A stretch of DNA of 63,643 bases, filler included, from Bigelowiella natans CCMP2755 (lineage: Eukaryota; Protista; Cercozoa): the NCBI GenBank assembly GCA_000320545.1. It is 7 parts of 7 records of this genome, joined end to end, with 100 filler letters (N's around TTAATTAATTAA, not from the genome) between each part and the next. Parts side by side here need not be neighbours in the genome. Positions count along the whole stretch, not along the records: positions 31,774 to 41,518 come from ADNK01002973.1; positions 41,619 to 61,225 come from ADNK01002056.1; 5 more parts are not named here. One strand, 5' to 3'. The notes under the pieces were generated by a model. It ran no database searches. It worked only from the letters and a program-made list of their open reading frames with translations, and was not told the DNA's origin. Of this stretch, positions 35,131 through 47,631 are shown piece after piece. The stretch's first letter is position 1. Every line of letters begins with the position of its first letter. Position numbers and translations under genes: made by a program.

Positions 35131-36579
35131 ATGATCTGTGGTGGAATGCTCGCAAAAAAGTCTGCGATTACAAAGAATCCAAGTCAAACTCACAAATCTC
35201 TCAAAAGTATCATGAGGGATACTACATATAAGGATGGAGAATCAAAAACAGAAAGATATCCGACTGACATAATACCTGACATGGATGAAAAAGATCGTGC
35301 AACTAAAAAGGGGGTTTACTATATCACGGTGATCCTCTGTGTGTCCTTCTTCATACTGAAGACCGTCCAACCTTTCATTCTTGATTTGAGCCGAGAAAAT
35401 GGCGTTTATCCTTTTCGCCCTTCTACGGCTATTTGGTTTAGTCGCATTCCCCTCGTGGTGTTCTTTTATATCTGGTGTGTTCTTGAGAATGAGACACTAA
35501 ATAATCCTCGAGATTGGCGCAAAAGCATTCCTTATATTTTTGTCGCACTGTGTACAGTTGCAAATGTCCTTGCAATTTATCGACTACTGCTTTTAAGGAC
35601 ATCAGCTTCGTAAATAACAAGACCAAGAGTAATAGCTAGCACACATGTCCACTGGACGATACTGATTCGCTTTCGTGCCCATGTAACCATTAAAACTGCC
35701 GTAAATGGTAAGTTCAAGTTTTTGAGTACAGAATATACAGCTGAGCCAAGACTCTCAATCGTAACGCAGTTTGGCTATATTTATGTACTTCTTGGTGTAG
35801 TTTCCTCCTCGTGTGAAGGCATTCTATTGCAGATAGCAGCCTCAAAGCTTCGGGATATGTCATTCATAAAACAGAGTTTTTTCTATCACTTTTATTCATT
35901 AATTTTGAGCTCAATACTTATGTTTGGATGGGACTACAACACAGTATTTGGAGAGCATTATGGCCCTTTTAAGGGTTGGAGCTGGATTGTTGCTATATAT
36001 ATCATCTGTATTGTTCCTTTGGTGGTTATGAAACATGCTGTAGCTGGTTTGGCAAGTGCAGTTGTAGTGAAACTTATTGTGTCTGCTACAACAGTAAGCT
36101 CTTTCATGCTTGCTATGTTAGCCCTTGGAGAAACTGCAACCCTGACAGAGGTCTTATTATGCTGCCAAATTTGCGTTCTATTGGTCACATATCAGATGGG
36201 CGGAGAGTTAACAGAGGCAAAGGCGGTGCTAACATCCGAACTTAAATCAATACATATGTCGAGAATAAGGAATGTGCCCATCTCGAAATCTTCGAAAATA
36301 AAAATTGACACCATAATGTACCCGAGTACGCCACCACACAAGGGACATCATTTAAGCATCAGTACTAGAAAGAGAGTCCGAGATGATGATTCACCACGTG
36401 GGAACAGAGCACATGTCGGAATAGCGATGAGCCGTGGCGACGGAACATCCCCAACACGGATTTCAGAAAATCGGGTTGAACCACCGTTTGTTGAGAGTGC
36501 ACACCATCATGAACACACTCCTACCCCCATGGCTGTAGCTGCAATTCACGCTGTAACACATCTCGAACAGATGAGATGA
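35131..36579 (+). CDS. Nucleotide-sugar transporter (SLC35A / UDP-Gal-CMP-Sia type, DMT superfamily); middle may be truncated
   Basis: Multi-TM ORFs 35080..35613 and 35722..36579 with QPFILDLSRENGVYPFRPSTA, GYIYVLLG..SSSCEGIL, GPFKGWSW and ASAVVVK motifs. Confidence 0.6.
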
Positions 36580-37079
36580 AATCTGTTGATGTTTGCGCGT
36601 TTCGATCATTGATTTATCAAATTGCTTCATCCATTTGCACTCGCCAATTCCACAACACTAGAACATTGCACCTGTTATACTCGATGCAACCACTTTGAAA
36701 CATTGATGATCCAGATGGTTGATGCAGTGTGCAGTTGTAGTGCAATTATTGTGGTCACCATGGACACAACGTAGGTAGTTACTGCAGCAACGAAGAATCT
36801 GCTGTGTGCAATGCGTGTCGCTGAACCCACACTCATTTCCGCACGTCATGGGCCAACGCAACGCGTGCATTTTTCAGTGCGCACATGTGACACCATTTCC
36901 AAAAGCCAAACGTGTGGCAAATTGACACTTGTCAACCAGCTCAAGTGCATATAGACAGCGCTGGCTAGCTGGCGGAGAGCCGCGACACAGCACGCTCGCG
37001 CCATTTCATCATCACGATCGAGTTGTGATCAAGTGAATTGTCGCACATGTGACGCACACATCCAAAGTATAGCTGTAGA

Positions 37080-38100
37080 TGAAAGCAAAATGGAAGAAAG
37101 CGGATCGCACATGGCGAACGTGTCCGTGGTTCCACCAACCAGGTGGAGTTGACGTTTCACCTTCTCTCCGACGATGGCTCCAAAACAATGAACACATCTA
37201 GACATCTAGACATGTGCATGTGGTGTGGTGCACGAAACATGCGTTGTACACACTGTGTCCGTGCAACATTCTAGCCGATGCGTCATCGATGAGCAAGTCG
37301 ACACGACAAAAGTGACTTGCAGCAGATGAGAGCTGCGCTCACACAATGAGGACGTTCGACAAGCATTGCAGAGTTCCCCCCTCAGCACAGGTCTTCACGC
37401 GCCAAAAGGTTGCACGATCGATTGAGCACGTCAGTCATGTTCAACACTTCAACAAGCTAGCAACATGCATCGCATCGCATCGCACATGGGTGACACAACG
37501 AAAGAAGTACATTGATGTTGTCACGCCTCAAACAACACTGGAACAAACGAATCGAGCAATCATGAACGAGTGAACGATGATGCGAACCAATCCCAACAGT
37601 GCAGCCAAAAGGATCATCAGAAGTGCCAGCCAGTCGTGCCCCGTTGGCTGCTGGCACTGCCAAGTGCTCTGGCTAGCTCCAGAGCTGGCTGGTGCTGCAT
37701 GAACGAGTGAAAGAACTTGAGTGACAATGACGAAGTTGGCTTTCCCACTGGTGCATGAGTGTGCTATCACAGACCAGTGACAGGATGTGTGCAAATGTGC
37801 AATTGTGTATGCACACAATGTCACGTTGTCCATCATTGGTCAGCGAGCCAGCCATCGAGCTGACACCACCACCTGTGTGTGTGCAATGCTCACTCTGAGA
37901 GCCAGAGAGCAGCAAACGTGGCACGCGAAAAATGGAAAGAAAAAAGAAGTGTTTCCGTTGGATCGAGCAGTTCAAAAGAATCGTGGGACGTGCTGACTCG
38001 TCCCTGATCCTCACCGCCTTCTAAGAACAAAGGAGACGGCGAGGAGGGAAAACAAAGACCAAGATCCTAGATGTGAAAATGCTCCATTCGACGTCACCGG
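37080..38100. other. Partially TpA-depleted intergenic tract
   Basis: Most surviving TA are CTAG; only a handful of others remain (e.g. ~37247, 37508, 37745, 37808). TG/CA-rich. Confidence 0.75.
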
Positions 38101-38468
38101 TACCCGGAGGAATGGATGGGACTTTGCTAGAGACTAGTGAAGAGATGCTCAAGTGTGCGTTCCGGGCCAAATTAGAAAAGACGTCATGAGAATGAAAGAT
38201 CAGTGTGTATTGCAGCATTGTGCACGTGCTAGAAAATCTAGATGTGGACATGCATGCACACACAGCTAGCAAGCTTAGGCTATGAACAAAGTGCTAGCAA
38301 AGATTAGCTCTCAAGTTGCCCACTTGAACAATAAGAAAAGAACAGTCAATGCGTAGTTACGGAACTAACTAGTTCAGAGGGAGTGGGTACTTCATTGTGA
38401 TTAATTCATCTAGTTATAGTGGAGTCAGGGAGATGAAGGTACATAGCCAGCTTGCCGTACATGACTAG

Positions 38469-38523
38469 ATGAGAAGGATGCAATGAAGTGATTAAATCTT
38501 TTCAATGGTCATCCTGATGTAGC
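38469..38523 (-). repeat. Dispersed ~55-60 bp repeat GCTACATTAGGATGACAATT...CATTACATCCGTCTCAT (other copies 51433-51487, 56044-56098, 56267-56322, 56410-56464, all +)
   Basis: Copies aligned by eye; internal GGATG...CATCC inverted repeat. Confidence 0.75.
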
Positions 38524-39132
38524 GCCATGCAAAGCAGCGGCTACAGCGCTCATGTTGCATCTGCTTTATCTCTTCCATCACATGTTTCATGCATTTAAAA
38601 GCATCTGTGTCCGGTCGTCGATGTCGTGCAGTACAGCGCAGCAGTTCTTAATTGCTTCTTTTTCGTACATGCATGGCTTGGCTTACAGACGGGGGCACAT
38701 AGCATTCGATGCACGATGCTGCGATTTACGTGATAGCGTGGTGGCTTTAATATTATTACTAGCGAAAAAAATTAATCTCTTAATTACCTCCGTCTTATTA
38801 CGTGTAAGCGCAATAGAACACAACAGCTGAAGTGGTCTAATGGTTGCCGTCAGGTATGATTATTGTTATTGTATAGCTGCTGTATCGTATGCTAGCGTGT
38901 ACTGATATTCTATAATTGTACATACCATCTGCGCGTGCATGCATGGATGGTTAGACGGCACTGTTAGATTACAGTACATTGGATTTCGAAAATGAACATG
39001 TCGTTGGTTCAACACCGCAATAACAATTTGACCCTGCGTCATAAATAGTGCATCATCTCAAGTTTTTCTTGATTTCCGAAAGTCCTGAAGAGTAGGATAT
39101 CTGGTCGTTTGCCATTCGCCGATGCAGCGTCT

Positions 39133-39776
39133 TTACGCGTCCATAATCATAATCTGATCAGCCATCACATCAGAGGAGTCTGTTGATTGTTTCTTCGTCG
39201 CACTAAGTGCCTCATTTCCAGCTGATTCCATTTGGCTTGAACAGCAAATGTAGAATACATCAATCAACCTTGTGACGATGCACCAATAATTCCAAAATTG
39301 CATTTAACATTGCGAAGACGGTCCTTTCCCTCTTCATTTTGTTCGGTTCGTGTCAACCCTCCCCTCCTCTCACATTTTAACACACAATCACACAAAACAA
39401 CCTTGTGAGACTTCAGAGCCTCGATCCAATCCGCCAGCTCCTCTCTAGTTCCAGCCTTGATTCTCATTTGTCTGGTTCTCATCTTTCCGAATTCCTGTGA
39501 AAAACGCGGGCGGGATTTCAGCTCAAAATTGAAACACAATAAGACCATTCTCAGTACCATGATGAAGTAATTAACCCCGCCTTCGTAGGGGGCTGTGTTA
39601 ATCACGCTGACACTCAGATCTCTGGAAAATGCAAAGAAATACTGTCACAATAAGAGCTTCGCTTTCTCAACCGAGTGTAGAAATCTATATACATTTTGCC
39701 GCTTGCTTTGTCTGACTTTTCATCTTCAAAATATTGAAACGTCTGGGATATTGCAGAAATATGAGTGGGTGAGAGT

Positions 39777-39823
<47 letters not shown>

Positions 39824-40743
39824 TTGAATTTCACACTTACTCCATCTTCAGACAGTCGAAAGAATCGCCTCTTAAACGCTTTGTTGAAGTATCCAGTCTT
39901 CTCCAAATAGCCTTCCTTCGCTCTGCTTTGCTTCGTAGTGCTTTCCTTCGTACTGCTTTCCTTCGTACTGTCTTCCTTCGTACTGTTTTCTTTCGTTTCG
40001 TTGTTTGACTAAATTAGTGAATTTTTGAAGACGTTATATATCACAAATATCAGTGCAAACTCCGGAAACTACCCACCATGCTGGGTTTGGCATTGACTTC
40101 CACAAGAGATACTACTTCAGCAGCCTACCATGCATTGGATAACTCATTTTAGCAAAGGGAACAGGAGGTGGAGGGAAGTCTTACAAAAAAGGAAAAGAGT
40201 TACCTCAACGGGGGCCCCGAGAATTAAATCCTCCCCGCTTTTCTTACCCTACGTGTTACACCCTCATGTTTTGATATATATATTACATTCATTTATAATG
40301 ATAGGAAACAAACCTTTGGTACAACCAAATACACGTTGGAGCCCTTGTACTTCGCAACAAACGTTTGCCCCTCCACCACTCCCTGGGGATACAGCAAGAT
40401 GTTCAGAGCACCCGCCAATTTAGTGAATAATTTGCTTACGCACCTCTGGGATAGTCGCCTTTAACATTGCGTCGGTTCCGCTGCTGCTTGGCATTTCCTC
40501 CTCCTCCAATGCAGTAGTATCGACAGCAAGCTCATTTATGCCGCCTTTGTTGTGACTTCCACTCTCGGATGATAACCTTTGCTTCAATTCGCCAACCTAT
40601 AAAACAAAAAAGCTGCTGCTGTTGCTTTTGCTGTGTAATGATGGAGATGTAGAAATGTCCAAGATCATTTAGTATCAACAATGATGATAATTATACTCTA
40701 AAACACATTCAAAGGCGATGTTAGCTGCTATGAGGCACATATG

Positions 40744-40780
<37 letters not shown>

Positions 40781-41320
40781 AAGAGGAGGAAAAGGAAGTA
40801 AATAGTAGGGTAACCTCCCATTGAGCAAGGGCAAGCCTATCCTTATACTCTTCGTATTTCAGTCGCCATTCACTGTATTGCGTATATTCAGATGTTAGGA
40901 CTATGTTGTTGTTGTTGTTGTGTTGTTGTTTCTCTATGTCGATGTAACAAGGCAGTATGCTCATTTTCTTACATAAATTCGTCGCCTTTGTCAGCCTTCA
41001 GAGCACGAACGTACTCCTTAGAGAATCAGTGTACCGAAATTTAGCGCATAGTCGTAGTTCAGGTGATGGTTAGTTGTAGGGTGAATTGTGATAGAAATAG
41101 AAATAGGAAATAAAAGTGAAGGAACCCAACCTGTACGAGCACGGTTTGACTTGGATTTAATCCAAGAATAGTGAGCTCCTAGTCAACACATCATCAATCA
41201 ACTGTGATCACTGCGGATATACAAAATGAAAAACACACACGTTTAGCGCATACACTTGACAAATTATTGCTACTACCTCTTTTGGAGGAGAAGAAGAAGT
41301 CGGCAATGATGTATCCCCTT
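39133..41320 (-). CDS. PH-domain protein with upstream coiled coil (5' end lost in gap)
   Basis: GYLEKTGYFNKAFKRRFFRLSEDG...MRIKAGTREELADWIEALK matches the PH domain start and end. Upstream exon EWRLKYEEYKDRLALAQWE. 15-nt coding repeat (STKES) at ~39920-39990. Confidence 0.75.
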
Positions 41321-41326
41321 GTACAG

Positions 41327-41361
<35 letters not shown>

Positions 41362-41760
41362 ATAATAAGTATTCATGTATTATTTATATATTTTTATACA
41401 GCCCAACACATGCATACATAAACGAAAAGATATCGTCTTTAGTTGTTCATATTTTCACGTTATGCTGCTATATTATCGAAAGAATGACACAAGCCGCGAG
41501 GTCACAAGCGAGCCGCGGNNNNNNNNNNNNNNNNNNNNNNNNNNNNNNNNNNNNNNNNNNNNTTAATTAATTAANNNNNNNNNNNNNNNNNNNNNNNNNN
41601 NNNNNNNNNNNNNNNNNNGATAATAGGTTTTTGAAAATAGTTAGTTCTGTAATAGTGAGTAGTCGTAGCCAGTAGTCGTAGCACTAGCCGTTGGATGTGA
41701 AACATTAATTTTGGTACTCAACGATGTGACAGTAGGTTGGGCGATGAATAAATTATATAT

Positions 41761-41828
<68 letters not shown>

Positions 41829-41939
41829 ATCAATTAATCAATTCGGAAAGACCACATTTGCTACTTGTTATCGTACTTAGCCGTAGCTCATTATCATCAT
41901 CATTATCATCAACAACAACATCGTATATACCGTGAATCA

Positions 41940-42095
41940 GAGAACACGTCTCTACATGGGCGACGTGTATCAAATCTACACTCGAGATGTGCTTGGATGG
42001 GGGCCGGCTATGGCAGGCTTGCTGGTACAATGCTTAATCGATTTCACACTGAATAGGAATAACGAACGACAAATATTGCAAAAAGAACACGCACA

Positions 42096-42136
<41 letters not shown>

Positions 42137-43825
42137 AGGGAGAGAGAAGAGTGCGTTGTTGGGATCGATTTTGCTGATGATATCATGGTACATAGACACT
42201 CATCCCCCTACACTTTCCTCTACCACCACCCTCTATCTCTCTCTGTCTATCTGTCTGTCTGTCTCTCTGTCTGTCTCCACCCCTCATTCAATTGCTAATG
42301 CTCTCTGAAACAATAATATGTAGTACTCGATTTGGGGCTTTATGTCTGGCTTGAGCGGGTGATGTCAGTGTTTCTTAGTGATGGCGTTGTACTACTACTT
42401 ACCTGGCTTATTCCTTAGGATGATTATCGTTAGATGATGTAGCTCTAATACCAAATCATAATGACGATGATGTTGGGGGGGGGAGGGGAGCGTATTGGCA
42501 TCCATTCTTAATATTTCCGTCCTCATCGCTGCTGCTGCTCAAATGATTGTAATGCCTCTATCCACTGTGTTCTGATGAAGGTACGTCTTTGTGTTTTTAC
42601 CCACTACTACTCTCCTGCAGGCTGATGACGTCACAAGCCATCAAGACTTTAGGAGCATATAGACTCACACAGGTACTAGATAAAGTACACCGCCCTACTG
42701 TCCATACGCCGTCGTTTTACTACATATAGAGGGAGGGAGGTCATCTTATATTACATTATAACTAGTTTTAGCATATATACACTAATGATGTTGTTGCTGT
42801 CCTGCTACCTTTTGTCTCTGGCATATTATATTATCTCTTTCAAACTCAACTTCGTAGGTGTCCAATATTTTTGCGATAACCGGGCAGTTTATGGTAATGG
42901 CTGCTACCACACCACCACCATTACCACCATTGCCACACCGCTATCATCACTATGTCTACTAAGAAACATGTGAATCTAAGGAAAGAAATGAATCTCTCAT
43001 CCCTCTTACACCCCATTTGATAGATAAAGAGCTCATTTATATCTTCTTGTTCTTCTTCTTCTTCTTTATATCCCCAACACTCCACAGGCGGGGGTGGCGG
43101 ACAGATCTAGCTTGTTCTTGCTATCAAGTCTTCCAGCGTCTTTAGGCGTACTCTCCACTGCAGCACCCCAGGTATGGTATGGTATGAATGGCGAGGTTAT
43201 CATCATGATCATTATTCTATATCAAGAATATAGGAACAAACTACAAGATCAGATGTGGTCAATATCATGATGATAATGATGATGATGACGAATAACAATG
43301 GACAATATACAGGCGCTGCTGACGGAGATTGCTCGGCAGAAGGGCATAGGGTTCGGTCAGCTTGCATCCGCACGTGCCAACATCGGCGCGATCATCCGAT
43401 GCGGTGCACTGCTGCTGTTCGGCCATGCGTACGGTGTTGGAGCCTCAATTGGGTTCCCAGGATTGCCTTTCGTTATCTCTGGAGCACTCATCGCATTGGC
43501 TCACCTCATCTTCATGTCAACGTCCTCCGATATTTGGGATAAAATCACTGAGAATACCAGCAGTGGGGGCGCTCCAGAGGCGGCCATACCCTCTGTAAAT
43601 GGCGTTTCAGGATCGTTTATGTCGACTTCAGAGAGTACAGCTGGTATTGATACTTCTACAAGTGAAAATATCATGACGGCATCAGAAGGAGTGAAGGGAA
43701 AATCAGATTCTTTTTCAACTTCCTCGACATCTTCCTCTCCTCCTGGTCGAATTGGGACAAAGGGCACCAGCAAAATCTCAGCTCCAATCGATAAATCCAA
43801 TGAGGCTGAAGACTTATTAGATTAA
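41940..43825 (+). CDS. MFS transporter, C-terminal exons (TetA/MFSD14-like)
   Basis: Exons YQIYTRDVLGWGPAMAG, SQAIKTLGAYRLTQ, SLPASLGVLSTAAPQ, ALLTEIARQKGIGFGQLASARAN...FPGLPFVISGAL. Confidence 0.65.
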
Positions 43826-44310
43826 TGGTAACATGTGGGCTAAGCTGACAGGCGATGTGCACGTATTGCTCCTGCTAAATCTCCTAATACACCATCATAA
43901 TGATGATAGAATCTTTGCAACACACATTTAATCAACAAGGTGATCGCTTTCTCCATGCAGATGATAATATCGATCATGTTTTATGGTTGTGAGCGTTTGC
44001 TAGAACATATTGCAAGCCTAGATGCGTGTCTTGAACCACTCATGCACATGTCTAGATGTACGTGTACGTGCATATGGACTTGCGTCTACAACAATGTAAC
44101 AACACAATGTGCAGTCGCATACAACACCGCAAAGCCCGGCATTGGCACGCCTGCAATGGCAGATTGTGCATGCGCATGTCAATGCCATGTATGTGCACAG
44201 CTAGACAGGTCACAAAACACACACACCTGATCCTAGTTTACATCTGCGATGCACACGATGTCTCAGCTCTGAGCTTTGTGGTGTCCCATGCTAGCATGAC
44301 TTGCCTATAG

Positions 44311-45641
44311 TTGCCGTCATCGCCGCATTGATTCATCACAATGATCGCGGTGATCGACTCCGCTGGCGGCATGGCTGCTTGATCGAGTCCCACCCAGCTG
44401 CGATGCGCTGAGAATGATCATTCAATGGAGAACATGAGCACACGTTGTTCATGCAGCGCATTCACAGAGCATGGAGACACGCACCTGGTTGCATGGTGGT
44501 GCAATGTGTGCTTCAGTCATCATCAATGCGCACTCAGATGGACACCCCTGGACCAACAATGGCACGCATGCAGCTTTCTAGCTTTCTAGCTTTGTTCATC
44601 GTGCACTTGATGCACATCATTTCACTTGCTCCAAGAATGAGATTTCAACAAAAGGTTGTTTTGCAGGCACGTGTGCGCGGGCGCGGGCGCAGATCGTGAT
44701 GAATTCACGTGCACTTCCATTTCCAGACCACACCAGCTAGCTAGCACGTGAACGGCACGTGCGTGTTGGTGATGGCGTCGGAAGTCCAGGAGTGTCCGTG
44801 AAGATGCAAAGTGAGATCAAGCAAGTTGGATGCGTTGGACGAACCATTGACGCTGCACGTTCGCTGCATCGCGGCGCCACGCGAACGCACACGTTTCGGA
44901 TCGAATTCATCTGAACGTGAAACTGGTGATGCTGCTAGGCTGGCCGTGTGCGTCTTTCTTGGACGCAAAGACATTCCTCGGTTTTTGCCACAAAACCTTC
45001 GTGGTCATCGCTGTCAAGTTCTCCGATCCCGATGAGTTTCTTCTCACAGAGAGAAGAAAAGAATGTGCTTCGATTGATCGTCGCGCAGGGCGAAGAAGAA
45101 GAAGAAGCAGTGGAAGGAGGAGAAAAGAAAGTTTGTTTCGTGCGAGGCTGATGAAATCCTGAGACTGAAAGAAAGAAAGAAAGAATGAAACACGATGATC
45201 GACTGTGTTTCAAAAGTGTCACATGACACTTGCCGAAACGCAGTGAACAATGAACAATGATGATGAACTGCATTTCCAAAGTGTTGCAAGACACTTGCAG
45301 TGTGCGAAACGCAGTGCCTCGAACTGGCTTCAGTGAGGGCTTTGACTGGTGAACTAGCAGGATTTTTCAAATTGGTGCAATCTAGCTGCTGTGAGACAAT
45401 GCAGCTAGCAGCAACGTGGCGACGGCGCAAGGCATCCACTCTGAGCAGGAACTTCCTGAACGCTGTGTCCACACGATGATCTGTGTTCAGATCATCCGAA
45501 GGAGCACCCAGCAAAACTTCAGTTTTGATGGATGGAGTCAGGAGCAGTGCTTTTGAACAATGAACAATGAACAATGATGATGAACCACATTTCCAAAATG
45601 TGACAAGACATTTGCAGTGTGCGAAATGCAGTGCCTCGAAC
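44311..45641. other. TpA-erased hypermutated tract 3, containing a ~110-bp direct repeat and decayed coding-like fragments
   Basis: The only TA dinucleotides are 8 CTAG sites. Repeat copies at ~45244-45355 and ~45554-45670. Confidence 0.9.
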
Positions 45642-45843
45642 TAACTTTGGTGAGGTCTAACTAGTGAAACCAGAAGGGATCAAGAATGGCATTTTGAGCT
45701 GGATGCGATGAGAGAAGCAGTTGCCGCCAGCGTCTGGAGCCAAAACGATGTCGCAGTGAATAAATCCCATGATGTCGTATCACTACTTTGTCGCAGTGAC
45801 GAAATTGAGTGGATTTCTCTACGATCTGCAACAAAGCCCAAGA

Positions 45844-47178
45844 ATGGTGGCTACGAGCCTTATGGCATCCCGCAAGCCCACCTGCACCGTAGCCTCCTTG
45901 GCGGCCGCTTCCATGCTAGGAGCGTGCCTGTTGATCCAAATCACATCATCTCCCTCTGTGTTAACGTAATTGTCTAAATCTTAACCATATGGGTGAAATG
46001 GGGGGGGCACAGGGTTTAGCTAGACGACGGGCCTCCTAGCACCACTCATGTCGGAGCCCCCTGTTCTCAACTGTAATCACCAAATTATGATTAGACTGTT
46101 GCTTTAGGTCAACGATAGGAGGATCAGGAGTAGCTAGCAGCCGCGTTTCGGGTCGGTGGATCAGAGGGGGTCGAGGAAACCATGGACGACGTGGGAGTCT
46201 ACGTCGCCACCACGTGGCACATGCAGCCCCCCCATCCGTCCCCGTTGAAGGATCGTCGAACATCGAGGATGGAGAGGAATCAATGGCTCAGAAGTTTAGG
46301 AAAATGATGGTACCTTGATTATAATATGTCCTCCATCCTCCCCCCTTGCACCACACCGTGGCTTAGCAAGTTGTTTCAAATAAAATCGATTAGACAAACA
46401 AACCTACAGTGGTTATCGGAGCTGGAGTTAGCGGCTTAGCTTGTGCGAAGATTCTCAAGGTTCTGAATCAAAATCGAAAAATATTAACAAGATGATGATC
46501 TCATGATCATATCATCATTACCACCACCATCTCGATTCCACATCAACAATACCTCTTCCTTAACCAGGAGAAGAATTTCAATGTGACCGTCTTGGAGGCA
46601 TCTGACGGATATGGTGGCCGTGTGCGCACAGACAACATAGGTATTATTGCAAAGTGTGAAGCATATACTTCTTTCCTATTTTCCTATTTCTTACTCTCTC
46701 TCTCTCTCTTGCTAATCACATCAAATGTGGTTTCAATGAGTGTTGCGGTGTGGAGATGGGTGTGTAGAAGAGTAGGAGGAGGTGGACACAAAAATGACCA
46801 GCAGGTCGAAAATATTGGTCTAAGTACAGTCATTGACATCTTCCTATCCCCCTCTCTTGTATCAGATGGATTCAAACTTGACCGCGGCTTTCAGGTGTTC
46901 CTCGATGCCTACCCGGACGTCCAAGACTACTTCCGTAAGAACAAACTCCCATAATTAACATTGTCCGAGCTATTTAATGTAGTAGCAACGGTAGTAATAT
47001 CGACACTGCTACTTAAACCAGAGTTGTCATACTATGAATTACGGTAGAACAATATCCCCCTAAGATATGATACTGTTGTTGTTATACAGGTGAAGCAGGT
47101 ATTGAGAAGCTCAAACTGAAGCAATTTCAACCTGGTACAGCAGTGTCTTTCTCCCTCGCCATGTGAGAGCAGAGAATA

Positions 47179-47253
<75 letters not shown>

Positions 47254-47591
47254 TCACATGCGAATACAGTTTTAAACCGAATGTGTAACTGATTGATAGG
47301 CGCGTTGGTCTATAACAATGGCGAATTCAGTCGAGTAGCTGACCCTCTACGCAGGCCTCAGGTACTAGTAGGCAGTTGAGGAGGTGGGGTTGGTTGATGG
47401 TAGTACTACGACATGAGGTGAAACGGAAGGGGACTACTACTAGTAGTAGTTGTTAGTAGTAATTAGTAGTATCTGATGCTCAAATCCGTATCATCCCTCC
47501 TCCTCCCTGGTTCCCATCATTCGACCCAATCAGCATTTCTCACCGCTCCGTAATTTGGCTCCCTCTTCTTTACCCTCTCCCCCCCCCCCTC

Positions 47592-47631
<40 letters not shown>

